The translations under genes were made by a program, and so were the position numbers. Shown here one piece after another: positions 29,032 through 40,039 of a stretch of DNA of 64,000 bases. The first letter of the stretch is position 1; each line of letters begins with the position of its first letter. Location of the stretch: positions 3,224 to 67,223 of IMG/VR virus record IMGVR_UViG_3300048606_000027; one strand, written 5' to 3'. Below the pieces are notes generated by a model, which was given only the letters and a program-made list of their open reading frames with translations, had not been told where the DNA came from and made no database searches. Origin of the DNA: a virus. Lineage: Duplodnaviria; Caudoviricetes.

Positions 29032-29756
29032 TGGACAACCGCACCCGATACCTGAACCTCCTCGAATCGGTCCTGACCGGCACGCTGACGGAGGACCCGC
29101 CGGCCGATCCTTGGTCGCAGCGGGCTTACGATAAGGCCAAACGTGACCTCGGCCGCGACTGGCCGGCCACGGCGCTGACCATGATCGGCACGGCGCGCAT
29201 GCAGCAACTCCGGCAGGCGTGCGAGGAAGTTCTGGACACCGATGTTCTCGGCGATTTTATCGAGACGGGTGTCTGGCGCGGCGGGGCCTGCATCTACATG
29301 GCGGCGATCCTCAAGGCATGGGGCGACACCGAGCGCGAGGTGTGGGCCGCTGACAGCTTCCAGGGCCTGCCCGAGCCTGTGCTGGCGCAGGACGCGGGCG
29401 ATCGGCACCACACCTATCACGAGCTTGCCGTGAGCCGCGCCGAAGTCGAGGCCAACTTCCGCCGCTTCGGCTTCCACGATTGCGTCAACGTGCTGGAGGG
29501 ATGGTTCCGCGAGAGGCTGCCCACGGCGCCGATTGAGCGGCTGGCGATCCTGCGGCTCGACGGGGACATGTATGGCTCTACGATGGACGCGTTGACCGCG
29601 CTCTATCCTAAATTGTCAGCGGGTGGCATTTGCATAATCGATGACTATTTCCTCGCGCCATGCCGCCAGGCGGTGACTGATTACCGAGCGACGTACTTGG
29701 TCGCCGATGAGATCGTTGACATTGACGGGATGGGCGTGTGGTGGAGGAAGTCATGA
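29028..29756 (+). CDS. TylF/MycF/NovP-family O-methyltransferase
   Basis: GDFIETGVWRGGA..WAADSFQGLP..GWF..LRLDGDMYGST..LYPKLS.GG..IIDDY. Confidence 0.92.
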   Translation: MMDNRTRYLNLLESVLTGTLTEDPPADPWSQRAYDKAKRDLGRDWPATALTMIGTARMQQLRQACEEVLDTDVLGDFIETGVWRGGACIYMAAILKAWGDTEREVWAADSFQGLPEPVLAQDAGDRHHTYHELAVSRAEVEANFRRFGFHDCVNVLEGWFRERLPTAPIERLAILRLDGDMYGSTMDALTALYPKLSAGGICIIDDYFLAPCRQAVTDYRATYLVADEIVDIDGMGVWWRKS

Positions 29757-29901
29757 GCATGTTTTCAGCGGCTGCAGCCGAACATCACAATGAAATTTTG
29801 GCCAAGAAGGCCAAGGAACTGGAGGCGGCGCTCAACAATCGAGACTGGGAAGCGGTCGCGGTCATTTATCAATGGATGGCTAATGGACCGTTCAGTGAAT
29901 A

Positions 29902-31608
29902 ATGCCTGACGGTGACGCACGCACGCTGATCGTCCTCGCGGCGCGGGCCAAGTTGGCGCGGCTGAAACTACTAAAAGCACAGAAGGCCGAGGCCGAGGAT
30001 AGTCTACTCGCGTTCGTGCGGATGTTTTGGAGAGTTTTGGAGCCTGAGAAGCCACTGATTGAAGGATGGTTGCTCGAACTCCTGTGCGACACGTTCATGG
30101 CTGTGACCGATGGGCACCTGACGCGCGTCTGCATCAACGTGCCGCCCGGCAGTATGAAATCCAGCCTTTTGAACGTGTTTCTCCCCGCGTGGGAATGGGG
30201 ACCGCAGAACCTCCCACACAAGCGATATCTTTCCGTCAGCTACTCAACCGCCGTTCCAGAGCGAGACAACATCCGCTTTGCCCGCTTGATCAACGATCCC
30301 GTTTATCAGGCGTTGTGGGGTGACAGAGTTAAATTGGTGCGCGATGGCTCTGAGGTGGTCGAGAACGGCCGCACGGGGTGGAAGCGTGTCACGAGCACCG
30401 GCGGATCGATCACGGGGTTGCGCGGCGATCGTTTGCTTTTAGACGATCTGAACAACCCCTCGAACGTCGAAAGCGAGGACGTGCGCCAGACCGCGACTCG
30501 GTTCGTTCGCGAGATCATGCCTGATCGGCTCAACGATCTGACTGAGAGCGCGATCATCAACCTCCAGCAGCGGACGCATGAGGGGGACGCCACGGGCGTT
30601 TTGATCGAGCACGGGCAAGGCTATGTGTTCGTTTGCGTGCCCATGGAGTTCGATCCGTTGCGTTCGGGACCTGTGGTGCTGCGCCGGCATGAGGATGGCT
30701 CGCCTGACATGGTGTGGCGTGACCCTCGCGGCCTGGACGTGGACGGCAACGAACTGCCCGGCCTCTACAACAATTCCAGGGGCGAACTGAGGGTCGAGGA
30801 TGGCTCTCTGATGGCCCGGGCCGAGGGGGCTCTGTGCTGGCCCGAACGGTTCCCGCCGGCGGCAGTGGAGAAGCTACGGGCTGAGAAGGGTCAATACGCG
30901 TGGGACAGTCAGTATCAGCAGTTTCCAGGCGTTCGCGGTGGCGGCATCATCCGCAAGGACTGGTGGCGGCTGTGGCGCGAGGAAGCGTATCCAGAACTCG
31001 GCACGGTCATCATTTCGGTGGATACGGCCGTCGAGGAAGGAACCCAGAACGATTACAACGCCTGCACGGCCTGGGGCGCGTTCGCGGGGGTGAACGGCGA
31101 GCCGCTGATGTTGATCCTTGATGCGTGGCGTGCGCGGCTCCCGTTGGCGCAACTCGTGGCCCGGATCGCTGAGACATGCCGTCGGCGCAACGCCGATTAC
31201 CTGCTAATCGAGCACAAGACGCGCGGCCGGGACGTGCACGATGAGATCGTGCGGCTGTATCAATCGGCGACGTGGCAGACGATCCTGGTCAAGGCGGAGG
31301 TGTCCAAGGTGTCGCGGCTCAAAGCCGTAGAGCACCTGTTCAGCGGTGACTACCGCAAAGACCCGAACGGGGTTGAAAGCTGGTCTGGTGGCCTGGTTTA
31401 CGCGCCAGACAAGGACTGGGCTGATATGGTGATCAACGAAGTCGCGGCATTCCCCTATGGGCAGTTCGATGACCTGTGTGACACCGTGAGCCAGGCTCTT
31501 GGTTGGGTTCGCAAGAACGGTGTGATCCTACGAAAGGTCGAGTTTGACGACGAAGAGACCGAGCGCGCCCGCTACCGCCGCACCCCGAGCGTTCCCTACG
31601 CGATCTAA
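29902..31608 (+). CDS. terL: Terminase large subunit
   Basis: INVPPGSMKS Walker A, LLLDDL Walker B, C-terminal nuclease ISVDTA...FPYGQFDDLCD. Confidence 0.95.
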   Translation: MPDGDARTLIVLAARAKLARLKLLKAQKAEAEDSLLAFVRMFWRVLEPEKPLIEGWLLELLCDTFMAVTDGHLTRVCINVPPGSMKSSLLNVFLPAWEWGPQNLPHKRYLSVSYSTAVPERDNIRFARLINDPVYQALWGDRVKLVRDGSEVVENGRTGWKRVTSTGGSITGLRGDRLLLDDLNNPSNVESEDVRQTATRFVREIMPDRLNDLTESAIINLQQRTHEGDATGVLIEHGQGYVFVCVPMEFDPLRSGPVVLRRHEDGSPDMVWRDPRGLDVDGNELPGLYNNSRGELRVEDGSLMARAEGALCWPERFPPAAVEKLRAEKGQYAWDSQYQQFPGVRGGGIIRKDWWRLWREEAYPELGTVIISVDTAVEEGTQNDYNACTAWGAFAGVNGEPLMLILDAWRARLPLAQLVARIAETCRRRNADYLLIEHKTRGRDVHDEIVRLYQSATWQTILVKAEVSKVSRLKAVEHLFSGDYRKDPNGVESWSGGLVYAPDKDWADMVINEVAAFPYGQFDDLCDTVSQALGWVRKNGVILRKVEFDDEETERARYRRTPSVPYAI

Positions 31609-32073
31609 GTTGCCTAAATCACAGGCATGTGACTATGGTCCGCGCCGAAGGAGACGCTACTGATGGTCGATTACGTCGCCGCGCCTCGCCGTCCACGATC
31701 TGTTGAGGCTGGTGACGATTACTGGCCAGAGACCTGGGAGACGTTGACGGTTATTATTGATGACAATTCCGCTACCGACACCGGCCTTGTCGATCAGCAT
31801 GGCGTGACGATCTGGCGCAAGCCTGCGCGTCATCCGGTCGGCTTCTGATGGCCTTCGATAAGCAGAGGTCGCAGCGATGATACTCCATGTTGATTGGTAT
31901 CGGGCTCAAGAGGCCGCGTTGGCGAAAGAACGGGATGAAATCTTCAGTCGCGGCAAGGCGTCCCATGAGCAAGTTCTAGACAACATTGTCAAAGCCGATG
32001 AGTTAACGGCCCTTGGTTGGACGCAGGACCCTGATACTTATGAGTGGATGTCCCCGCCGAAAGGCTTTTACTG

Positions 32074-34458
32074 ATGGCCCTCGCCGCCAACCGCTCCAAC
32101 GTCCACATCGTCGATCCCTGGCCGCGTGGCGGTCTGGCCGGCACGACGGGCGCGGAGATCGAAGAGGCGCCGGAGAACGACACCAGCATCGTCACGGTCG
32201 AGGACACGGCGGACGGCGGGATCAGCATCACGATCGGCGGCGACAGCGAGCCCGAGGAAGAGACCGCCCCGGATACCAACTTCAACCGCAACCTCGCCGA
32301 GAGCATGGACAGCATGGCGTTGGCCGCGCTCGCCGGTCACCTGCTGGATGGCATCGACGCCGATATCCAGAGCCGCCGGGACTGGGAGGACACCGCGAAC
32401 CGAGCGGCTGACTTTCTCGGGATCAAGCTGGTCGATCCGTCAACTTCGGTATCGGCTGACGGCACGATCAGCAAAGCGGTGGCCACGACATTACTTGAGG
32501 CGGTGGTTAAAATCTGGGGCACGCATCGGGCCGAGCTTCTCCCGGTAAGCGGTCCGGTTAAGGTTCGGCGCGACGATCCGCCGAAGCCTCAGGTCGGACA
32601 CAACGGCGGGCCGCCGCTCGATGATGAGACTGGGATCGCCGCGTCTCAGGTCGATGCGGACGCGGGGGATGACCTCGGCCTCGCACTCGAAAGCGACATG
32701 AACCATTTCCTGACCGTGACGGATCGGGAATACTACCCTGACTTCTCGAAGATGCTGTTCAATCGCGCGCTGATGGGCCTCGCGTTTCGCAAGGTGTTCC
32801 GAGATCCGTTGAAGCGCAGGCCCGCGAGCGTGTGGGTCAAGGGTCAGGATCTGATCGTGAGCAACGATTGTTCGCACCTGTCCGGCGCCGCCCGTGTCAC
32901 CGAGCGGATCAGGATGCGCCAGTCCGTCATGCGGCGGATGCAGGCGGGCGGGCACTATCGCGACGTGCCTCTGGTGCAGCCGACCGGCGATGCATCGCCG
33001 ACCGAGATGGCGGTGGCCGAGACCGAGGGCGTCTCCGCGATGCCGATGCTCCCCGGCGACTATGAGCACACGGTATATGAGACGAACTGCGAACTGGGAT
33101 CGAGCACCACATCATCGTGGATCGGCGACATTTCGAAGCTGGATCGTGATGAGACTGGCAAGAAGCCCGGCTTTCCGTTGCCCTATCGCGTGTCGATCGA
33201 CCTGGACAGCCGCGAGGTGCTGGAGATCAGGCGCGGGTGGAAACAGGGCGACGAGGACTACCGGCCGCGCAAGCGCTACGTCAAATACGGCTTCGTGCCA
33301 GGGCTCGGATTCTATGACCTCGGGCTGATCCATCTCATCGGCAACCCGACGCAGGCGATCACGATGATACAGCGGTCCTGCACCGACGCCGCGGTGCTGG
33401 GCAACTTTCCGGCATGGGCACGACTGAAGGGGCCTGGCTCTCGGCAGCAGAACACGGTGTTGCGTCCCGGACCGGGCGAGATCGTGGACATCGACGCGGC
33501 TGGTTCGCAGAAAATCCAGGATGCGCTGATGCCGTTTCCTTACAAGGACGTGTCCGCGCAGGCGATGGCGATGGCGGCCAAGCTGGAAGGCGACACACGG
33601 CGGCTGGCGGGGATCATCGAGTTGCCCGTGGGAGAGGGGCGCATCGGGAACACGCCTGTCGGCACGATCATGAGCTACATCGAGGCCGTTTCGCAGGTGC
33701 CCGGTGCCATCGCCAAGGACGATCATGTCGCGCAGCAGGAAGAGTTCGAGATGCTGCGGGAATTGTTCGCGGAAGACCCAGAGAGCCTGATCAAGGGCGT
33801 GAAGCGGCCAGCCAGGAAGTGGCAGATCGCCGAGGAACTGATGGACCCGGAGTTGGTACCGGCGGCTGACCCCAACACGCCGAGCATGGTGCATCGGTTG
33901 ATGAAGCTCCAGGCGCTGGTGACGCTGGGCGGTCTGCCGCAGTTCATGGGCATCGCCAATAACCGTGAGATTTATCGCCATTCGGTGCGCATTCTGGCGC
34001 AGGACAACCCCGATGAGTTCGAGATGCCGGAGGCGCCGCCTTCGAGCGAACCGCCTGACCCGAAGATCATCGCCGCCCAAATCAAGGCACAGGCCGATGT
34101 GAGTAAGGCCGAGGCCGGGGCGAAGCGCGACGAACTGAAGCACCAGGGCGACATGGCCGAGATCGCGCTGTCGGCTCAGCAGAAAGAGGCTGATCGCGTG
34201 GCCGGGCTGGAAAAGGCGAAGATGACCTTGCAGGCGGCGGTGGTGAAGACGGCGCACGACGGGATGGGCGCCCACGCTGGCCGGACGCATGAGGCGGGGA
34301 TGTCGGACGCCGATCGGGCGCACGAGGCACAGCAGAAAGAAGCCGACCGGGCACAGCGGCACGCGCAACACCTGAACGAGATGGCGGTGGAGCGGGAGAA
34401 GAACGCTCAGACCTTCGCGGCTCCGCTGATGGCGCCAGATGAGGGGAAGAAGGAATGA
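32074..34458 (+). CDS. Portal protein (P22-like)
   Basis: ~794 aa after TerL; FRKVFRDP, GFYDLGLIHLIG; coiled-coil C-terminal barrel. Confidence 0.85.
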   Translation: MALAANRSNVHIVDPWPRGGLAGTTGAEIEEAPENDTSIVTVEDTADGGISITIGGDSEPEEETAPDTNFNRNLAESMDSMALAALAGHLLDGIDADIQSRRDWEDTANRAADFLGIKLVDPSTSVSADGTISKAVATTLLEAVVKIWGTHRAELLPVSGPVKVRRDDPPKPQVGHNGGPPLDDETGIAASQVDADAGDDLGLALESDMNHFLTVTDREYYPDFSKMLFNRALMGLAFRKVFRDPLKRRPASVWVKGQDLIVSNDCSHLSGAARVTERIRMRQSVMRRMQAGGHYRDVPLVQPTGDASPTEMAVAETEGVSAMPMLPGDYEHTVYETNCELGSSTTSSWIGDISKLDRDETGKKPGFPLPYRVSIDLDSREVLEIRRGWKQGDEDYRPRKRYVKYGFVPGLGFYDLGLIHLIGNPTQAITMIQRSCTDAAVLGNFPAWARLKGPGSRQQNTVLRPGPGEIVDIDAAGSQKIQDALMPFPYKDVSAQAMAMAAKLEGDTRRLAGIIELPVGEGRIGNTPVGTIMSYIEAVSQVPGAIAKDDHVAQQEEFEMLRELFAEDPESLIKGVKRPARKWQIAEELMDPELVPAADPNTPSMVHRLMKLQALVTLGGLPQFMGIANNREIYRHSVRILAQDNPDEFEMPEAPPSSEPPDPKIIAAQIKAQADVSKAEAGAKRDELKHQGDMAEIALSAQQKEADRVAGLEKAKMTLQAAVVKTAHDGMGAHAGRTHEAGMSDADRAHEAQQKEADRAQRHAQHLNEMAVEREKNAQTFAAPLMAPDEGKKE

Positions 34459-34581
34459 TCCAGTCTCGTCATCCAAGGTGGCCCGATCGCGACAAAATCC
34501 CTCAATCGGGATATTGGTGTGTGAATGTGCCATCCGAGCGATGGTGGCGGCGTCTTTTGCGTTTGTGGAGGATCGTGACCC

Positions 34582-35229
34582 ATGGTTGATACTGCACGCC
34601 AGCGGGCGGTCTCCGCGCTACGGGACAGCGGTTACGCGGGTGGCGGGGGCGTCCATGCCGATGCGGCGCAGGACAAGGCGCAGATCAAGCGGTTGCTCGG
34701 CACGGCTCGGATCAAGCTGAAGGGCGGCGGGGCGGTGCCGGGCAATGAGCCGGCCGATCGCCCTGACCGCAGGGCGCGTGGTGGCCACGTCAAAGGCAAG
34801 TCCAAGGGTAAGACCGTCAATGTGATCGTGATCAACGGAAAGGGTGGGGGTGACAAGCCGACCGCGATGCCCATGCCGCCACCACGTCCCATGGCACCTC
34901 CTTCTGGTCCGCCGCCCGGACCTCCGCCGATGGCCGGTCCTCCCGGCGCTGGCGGTCCGCCGATGCCGCCTCCGGGTGCGATGCCACCGAGGCCGATGGG
35001 GATGGCGCGGCCTCCTGGTGTGAAGCGAGGCGGCGCGGTGCATCGCGCGAACGGTGGCGCGGTGACCTCTGGCAGCAACGATCGCGAGCCGGACCGGGTG
35101 CTCGATAACGACAAGCCGGAGACCGATCGCGAGAACAACGCGCCCCCGTTCAGCGATGCGCAGGACATGGATCGTGGGCTTGAGAAGGCGCGGGACATCA
35201 AGGGGCGGTTCATGGGAGGGGCTATCTGA
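34582..35229 (+). CDS. Pro/Gly-rich head-associated protein with xxGG repeats
   Basis: Follows the portal; LKGGGAV, RARGGHV, KRGGAVHRANGGAV. Confidence 0.55.
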   Translation: MVDTARQRAVSALRDSGYAGGGGVHADAAQDKAQIKRLLGTARIKLKGGGAVPGNEPADRPDRRARGGHVKGKSKGKTVNVIVINGKGGGDKPTAMPMPPPRPMAPPSGPPPGPPPMAGPPGAGGPPMPPPGAMPPRPMGMARPPGVKRGGAVHRANGGAVTSGSNDREPDRVLDNDKPETDRENNAPPFSDAQDMDRGLEKARDIKGRFMGGAI

Positions 35230-36607
35230 TGGTGGCGTTGATCGACCCCGATGCAACTTTTCATTTCGTCTTGGCTCGGGATGGAAGCGGTCCGCAACTC
35301 TGGATGCGAAACAGCCTGAACGACTGGTTCATGGTGCGATTTGGCTGGGGCCCGCGGGCGAACGGCCAGAAGTTCATGCCATGGCGATGAACAGTCCAGA
35401 CAAGTTCCCGATGGGCTACCAATATCTCGGCCCGGCCGTATGGCCTGAGCGGGAGCGAGACAACCTCTGCTCTGAGAACAAAACAAAGCAGGAGATGATC
35501 GACTTACTTTCGGCCCGCTGTCAGATGTGGGCTGATAGGGTGACGCGACTGAAAACGGAACTCGCCGACGCCGAGAACCGCTACGCCACATTGCGCGCCG
35601 CGACCGTTCCTGAACCCCCGAGTCCGGCGCCCAATCCCTTCCGCGACTTCGGCCACGATCCGCGCAAGATGGGACCGCTCTGATGCTCGTGATCTCCTCC
35701 GCGCACCTGAACATGCTCATGCAGACCCTCGTCGAAGCGACGCACGGCATGACCGATACCGAGGGCGAGCGGGCGCGGGTCAGCACGATCGATCCCAGGG
35801 CGCTCCGGAGCGCCGCGCTGGTGGGCTTGCAGGTGGCCACGGGAGAGACGGTCCTGGTGGCCGGCGAGAAGATCACGGTTCGACGCCAGCAATCCAGCGG
35901 CGTCGTGGATGTGGAGGTGCGATGATGGAAACCACGACGGTCGATATAATAAATGCGATTTCGCCAGAAGAATTAGCCGCCGCAACGGAACGCAAGAACC
36001 GTATGATTCGTGCTCTTGGAGTCGGAATGCGAGAAGTGATCGAACAGGCTGCCGCGAATGCGTTTAATACCGCGTTTGAAAAATGTAAGGAAAAATCTTG
36101 ATGGACATGCGGATCACGGTTGGCGGCGATGCCGAGACGGGCTGGCTCGTGGATATCCACGACGGCTTCAAGCAGGGATGTTACTCCCCGCCCGCTGACA
36201 CGCCGGAACTGGCGGCTGTGCTGGCGCTGCAAATTCATGCCGGGATCGCGGGACGGCCGTTTGAGTTTCCCAGGTCGCCGATGGAGGACGATCGCGAGAT
36301 GACGAAGGCGGAACAGAAAGCCGCCGATGAGGCCGAGGCAAAAGCGAAGGCCGACGAAAACAAGAGCGAGCCGATCAAGCCGGCCGATGCGCTTGCCCGC
36401 GCCGGGATCGCGGCTCCGAAGAAGTAGTGTCCGATCACTCCCTCCGCGAGACCCTACGCGCTCGACTGTCCGAACAGGTCAGCATCGAAACCGATCTGCT
36501 GACCGAACGGACCGGCGATAGTGAGTCCCAGATGCGGACGCGGCTCGGGGTCATTCTGGGACTGAAACGCGCCGTCATCATTCTCGATCAGGTATACAGG
36601 GACCTTC

Positions 36608-37102
36608 ATGGCTGACGTGACGCGGCTGCACAAATGGCACCATGACGACTACAACGTGGCCAAGCATCAGATTTATCAGGCGCTGGGCGACTTAGCGGAT
36701 ATCGACATATTCGGCCGCCAGGTGCTCGTGGCCGTTTACGTGCGGCCCGACGTGAACCCCGTTACGGGCGTCTATCAGACCATCGCCGGAATGAAAGAGG
36801 ACTGGTGGCAGGGCAAGTCCGTGCTGATCCTGAAATGCGGCCCGGATGCGTTCGAGGGTGACGCCAGTTACATCGCCGCGACGTTCCCGGCCAACACCAA
36901 GCCTGTCCCCGGCGAGTGGATGTTCGCCAACGCCAACGCGGGCATTCAGATCAGCCTCATGGGCGAGAATGCCGAGAAGGTTATGACCGAGGACCGTCGC
37001 GGCGAGATGGTCCCGGTGTTCGATTGGGACGGCTGGCCGTGCCGGATCATTCCCGACGATCAGTTCCTGGGGCGGATCGCGCGTCCACACTCGGTAATCT
37101 AG
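36608..37102 (+). CDS. GroES-like co-chaperonin (tentative)
   Basis: IFGRQVLVAV...VLILKCGPDAF...VPGEWMF...CRIIPDDQFLG follows the GroES fold pattern; located in the head module. Confidence 0.55.
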   Translation: MADVTRLHKWHHDDYNVAKHQIYQALGDLADIDIFGRQVLVAVYVRPDVNPVTGVYQTIAGMKEDWWQGKSVLILKCGPDAFEGDASYIAATFPANTKPVPGEWMFANANAGIQISLMGENAEKVMTEDRRGEMVPVFDWDGWPCRIIPDDQFLGRIARPHSVI

Positions 37103-37103
37103 G

Positions 37104-37640
37104 ATGAAACACCCACTTACAGCAGAATATGTGCGCGGCATTCTAGCCTATCTGCCGGAGGAGGGCCGCTTGATATGGCGCGAACGTCCCGATATGCGGT
37201 TGTGTTGGAACAGGCGCTGCGCTGGTAAGGATGCGGGCTCACTTGGGAGGGGCGGATATCCCCAAGTGCGGATCGACAGCCATAACTATGATGTTCATCG
37301 CATTGTCTGGTTAATCACGCATGGCGTGTGGCCGAGTGAATTGGATCACAAAGATGGCGACCGGAAGAACTTTCGGTTGAGCAATCTTCGGACAGTAAAT
37401 AGGTCGCAGAATTCACAGAACATCAGAATCCATCGAGACAACCAGACCGGTTACAAGGGTGTGATATTTGATAAGCAGACCAAGCGATATCGCGCTCACA
37501 TACAGGCTCAAAAGAAATCCATGCACCTTGGCTGCTTCGCGACTCCGCAAGAGGCTCATGCTGCTTATTTGCGTGCTGCTGGCATTCTCCATGGCGAGTT
37601 TGCGAACCTGAACCGTGAGGTGAGGGCGATATGGCCGTAA
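37104..37640 (+). CDS. HNH-AP2 homing endonuclease
   Basis: VHRIVW..G.WP.ELDHKDGDRKN..LSNLR plus AP2 TGYKGV...YRAHI...LGCFATPQEAHAAY. Confidence 0.9.
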   Translation: MKHPLTAEYVRGILAYLPEEGRLIWRERPDMRLCWNRRCAGKDAGSLGRGGYPQVRIDSHNYDVHRIVWLITHGVWPSELDHKDGDRKNFRLSNLRTVNRSQNSQNIRIHRDNQTGYKGVIFDKQTKRYRAHIQAQKKSMHLGCFATPQEAHAAYLRAAGILHGEFANLNREVRAIWP

Positions 37641-38143
37641 CAAAAGAATGCCAGGGCTGCGAGTTCTGGCGCAAGGTTCGGGGTGCACCGCAGGGCACCT
37701 GCCATGAGTCGCCGAAGATTCCTGTCATGGTCGGGCAGGCGCAAAATCCCGTGACGCAACAACTGGTTCCCGTGATCTTGTTCTACTGGCCAGAGACACA
37801 GGCACATGAGTTCTGCGGACGGTTCAGACCATCGACGGGCACGCTATCGAAGATCGACCTGACGAAGCTGGCCGATGTGAGTGTGGAGGGACAGGCGTGA
37901 CACCAGAGGAACAACTTCAACCCGCCATCGTGATGATGCACCGTTCCATGGTTGGCGCCGAACAGTTGCCGGACGACTGGGACATCAAGAAGGTATTCGC
38001 CGATCCGGATGTGCTGCCCTACGCCCGCGAGGAAATCGTGAGGCTACAGGCGATCCGCAAGTCTCGACAGGACCATGATCACGAAAGCAAAATCCGCTGC
38101 GAGGCGCTTGAGCGTCTGGTCGCGGCCTATGAGGAAGCAACCA

Positions 38144-39184
38144 ATGCCGGGTGAAACAGTCACGGTCGATACCACGATCGAAGGCCCAGAGCAGCGCCGG
38201 TCTCGCCGCGAACGCCCGGACCGCGAGATGACGCAACCCGAGATCGATCCCGTCACGATCGAGGAAAGCGCCACGTTCTCTCCCGAAGACGCGGTGGCCG
38301 ATGCCGCGCGCAAGCTTCAGGAGAGCCAACGCTCCGTCGAGACGGAACGGGCGGGGCGGTTGGCGGCTGAACGCACAGCGGCCGATGCGCGCCAGCAGGT
38401 GCAGCAGGCCAACGCGGGTCGCACGCAGGACCGGACGGCGGCGGTCGCAGCGGCGGTCGAGGCGGCGAAGTCCGAAGCTGATCTGGCGGAGGCGGCGTTC
38501 GTATCGGCCCGCGAGATGGGCGACGCGGGGGCGGAAGCCAAGGCGCTGCGGGCCATGAGCCAGGCTGACTTCCGGCTCAATCAGGCGACCGGCGAACTGG
38601 CGACAATCCAGGCGAATGGTCAGCGGCAGCAGGATCAACCACGCCAGCAACAGAACGGACCCGGCCCGGCGGCGCAGGCGTGGATCAACCGCAACCCCCG
38701 TTTCAACACGGACACCGCGTTCAAGCAGGCGGCACTGACCGCGCATGCCGAAGCGATCACGGATGGGATTGTCGCGGAAAGCCCGGCCTATTTCCGTCAC
38801 ATCGAAAGCAGGTTGCTGGAGGCCGGCCACGAAGTCAGCGGCGCGCAACCCCAGGAGAGGCAACAGAGAATGGAAGAGCCACGCACGCCACCGCGCCGCC
38901 AGGAGCAGTTCAGCGGGGCGCCTCCCTCGCGCGGAGATGGCGGCGGTGCCTCGCGGGCCAACACGGTGCAGACGTTGCTTGGCCCCGTCACGGTCAACCG
39001 CCGCGCGGATGGCAAGGTGGGCATTCAAATCCCGCAGAACCTCCGCGAGAACTTCGAGGAGGGCGCCAAGATCACCGGCATGACGCTGGCCGAATACGCC
39101 TATGAGCAGGTGCAGGTGGCCGAGGAACGCAAGGCCGGCGGTAACGGCGGCATGATCGAATCCGAAACTCAGACATGGCGGTGA
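38144..39184 (+). CDS. Putative capsid scaffolding protein
   Basis: Long Ala/Gln/Glu coiled-coil between portal and capsid genes. Confidence 0.6.
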   Translation: MPGETVTVDTTIEGPEQRRSRRERPDREMTQPEIDPVTIEESATFSPEDAVADAARKLQESQRSVETERAGRLAAERTAADARQQVQQANAGRTQDRTAAVAAAVEAAKSEADLAEAAFVSAREMGDAGAEAKALRAMSQADFRLNQATGELATIQANGQRQQDQPRQQQNGPGPAAQAWINRNPRFNTDTAFKQAALTAHAEAITDGIVAESPAYFRHIESRLLEAGHEVSGAQPQERQQRMEEPRTPPRRQEQFSGAPPSRGDGGGASRANTVQTLLGPVTVNRRADGKVGIQIPQNLRENFEEGAKITGMTLAEYAYEQVQVAEERKAGGNGGMIESETQTWR

Positions 39185-39188
39185 ATTG

Positions 39189-39878
39189 ATGTCCGAAACT
39201 ATGATCCCCGTTCTCGATCCCCCAGTGTCCGATCGCGTTCGCAAGGGTTGGCCCAAGGGCAAGCCGCGCGGCGAGCGCACCAAGGCCGTTCGCGAACAGG
39301 CGCCCCGCGTGGCGGAATCACGAACGTCTCACGATGCGGCCGATGTCGGAATCGCCTCCAATCCAGGACCGGCGCAGCGTGCCGAACCATCGCGCGAGGT
39401 CATCAGCGACAATGAGCCGCGCACCCGCGTTCGCCGCGAACAGCGTGCCGTTGGCGGGTTCGATCTCCCCACGCATCTGAAAAAGCCGGGATGGGACTAT
39501 CAGTGGCACGTCGATACGGTGCTGGCGCAACCCGTCGATGCGTCCGAGTTCACGCTGCGACACGAAGCCGGATGGCGCACGGAGAAGGCTGGCAACTGGG
39601 TCGGCTATGCTCCGCCGGGAGCGCAGCCGAATGATCTGGTGCAACGGCTTGGACAGACGCTCTACAGCCGCCCGATGCACATGACGATCGAAGCACGACA
39701 AGAAGACATGGACGCGGCCAATCAGCAGGTCAGAGATCGCGTTCAGGGTTCGATTGAAGGTCGGATCAAGGGCGGCGAAGGCATTTCCGACGTGCGCGGC
39801 GTGCGCCCCGCGGCGTTCTCTCTGGAGATCATCGGCGAGGCTGGCACATCGAGCGAGCCAGTCAGGCGACGAGAGTAG
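39189..39878 (+). CDS. Head-module hypothetical protein
   Basis: HLKKPGWDYQW...GW..LYSRP motif; stop abuts the pentamer array. Confidence 0.6.
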   Translation: MSETMIPVLDPPVSDRVRKGWPKGKPRGERTKAVREQAPRVAESRTSHDAADVGIASNPGPAQRAEPSREVISDNEPRTRVRREQRAVGGFDLPTHLKKPGWDYQWHVDTVLAQPVDASEFTLRHEAGWRTEKAGNWVGYAPPGAQPNDLVQRLGQTLYSRPMHMTIEARQEDMDAANQQVRDRVQGSIEGRIKGGEGISDVRGVRPAAFSLEIIGEAGTSSEPVRRRE

Positions 39879-39882
39879 GCCC

Positions 39883-40032
39883 ACACCAAACCATACCTTA
39901 TCCCACCTCGGCAGACCGCGCCCCGCCTGACCACAACCGACCTCGCCCGACCACGTCTCGTCTAACCATGCCTTGCCGTGCCCGATCCCATCGTTCCTCA
40001 CCCAATCCGGCCAGAGCCTACCGAACCGCGCC
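39883..40032 (-). repeat. Phased pentamer array B (GGY-NN x30), putative guide-RNA array
   Basis: Minus strand GGCGC GGTTC GGTAG GCTCT GGCCG ... GGTAT GGTTT GGTGT; 30/30 units start with G, 20/30 are GGY, 29/30 have a pyrimidine at position 3, no phase slip; begins 7 nt after the RAMP-gene stop. Confidence 0.9.
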
Positions 40033-40039
40033 TGATAAC

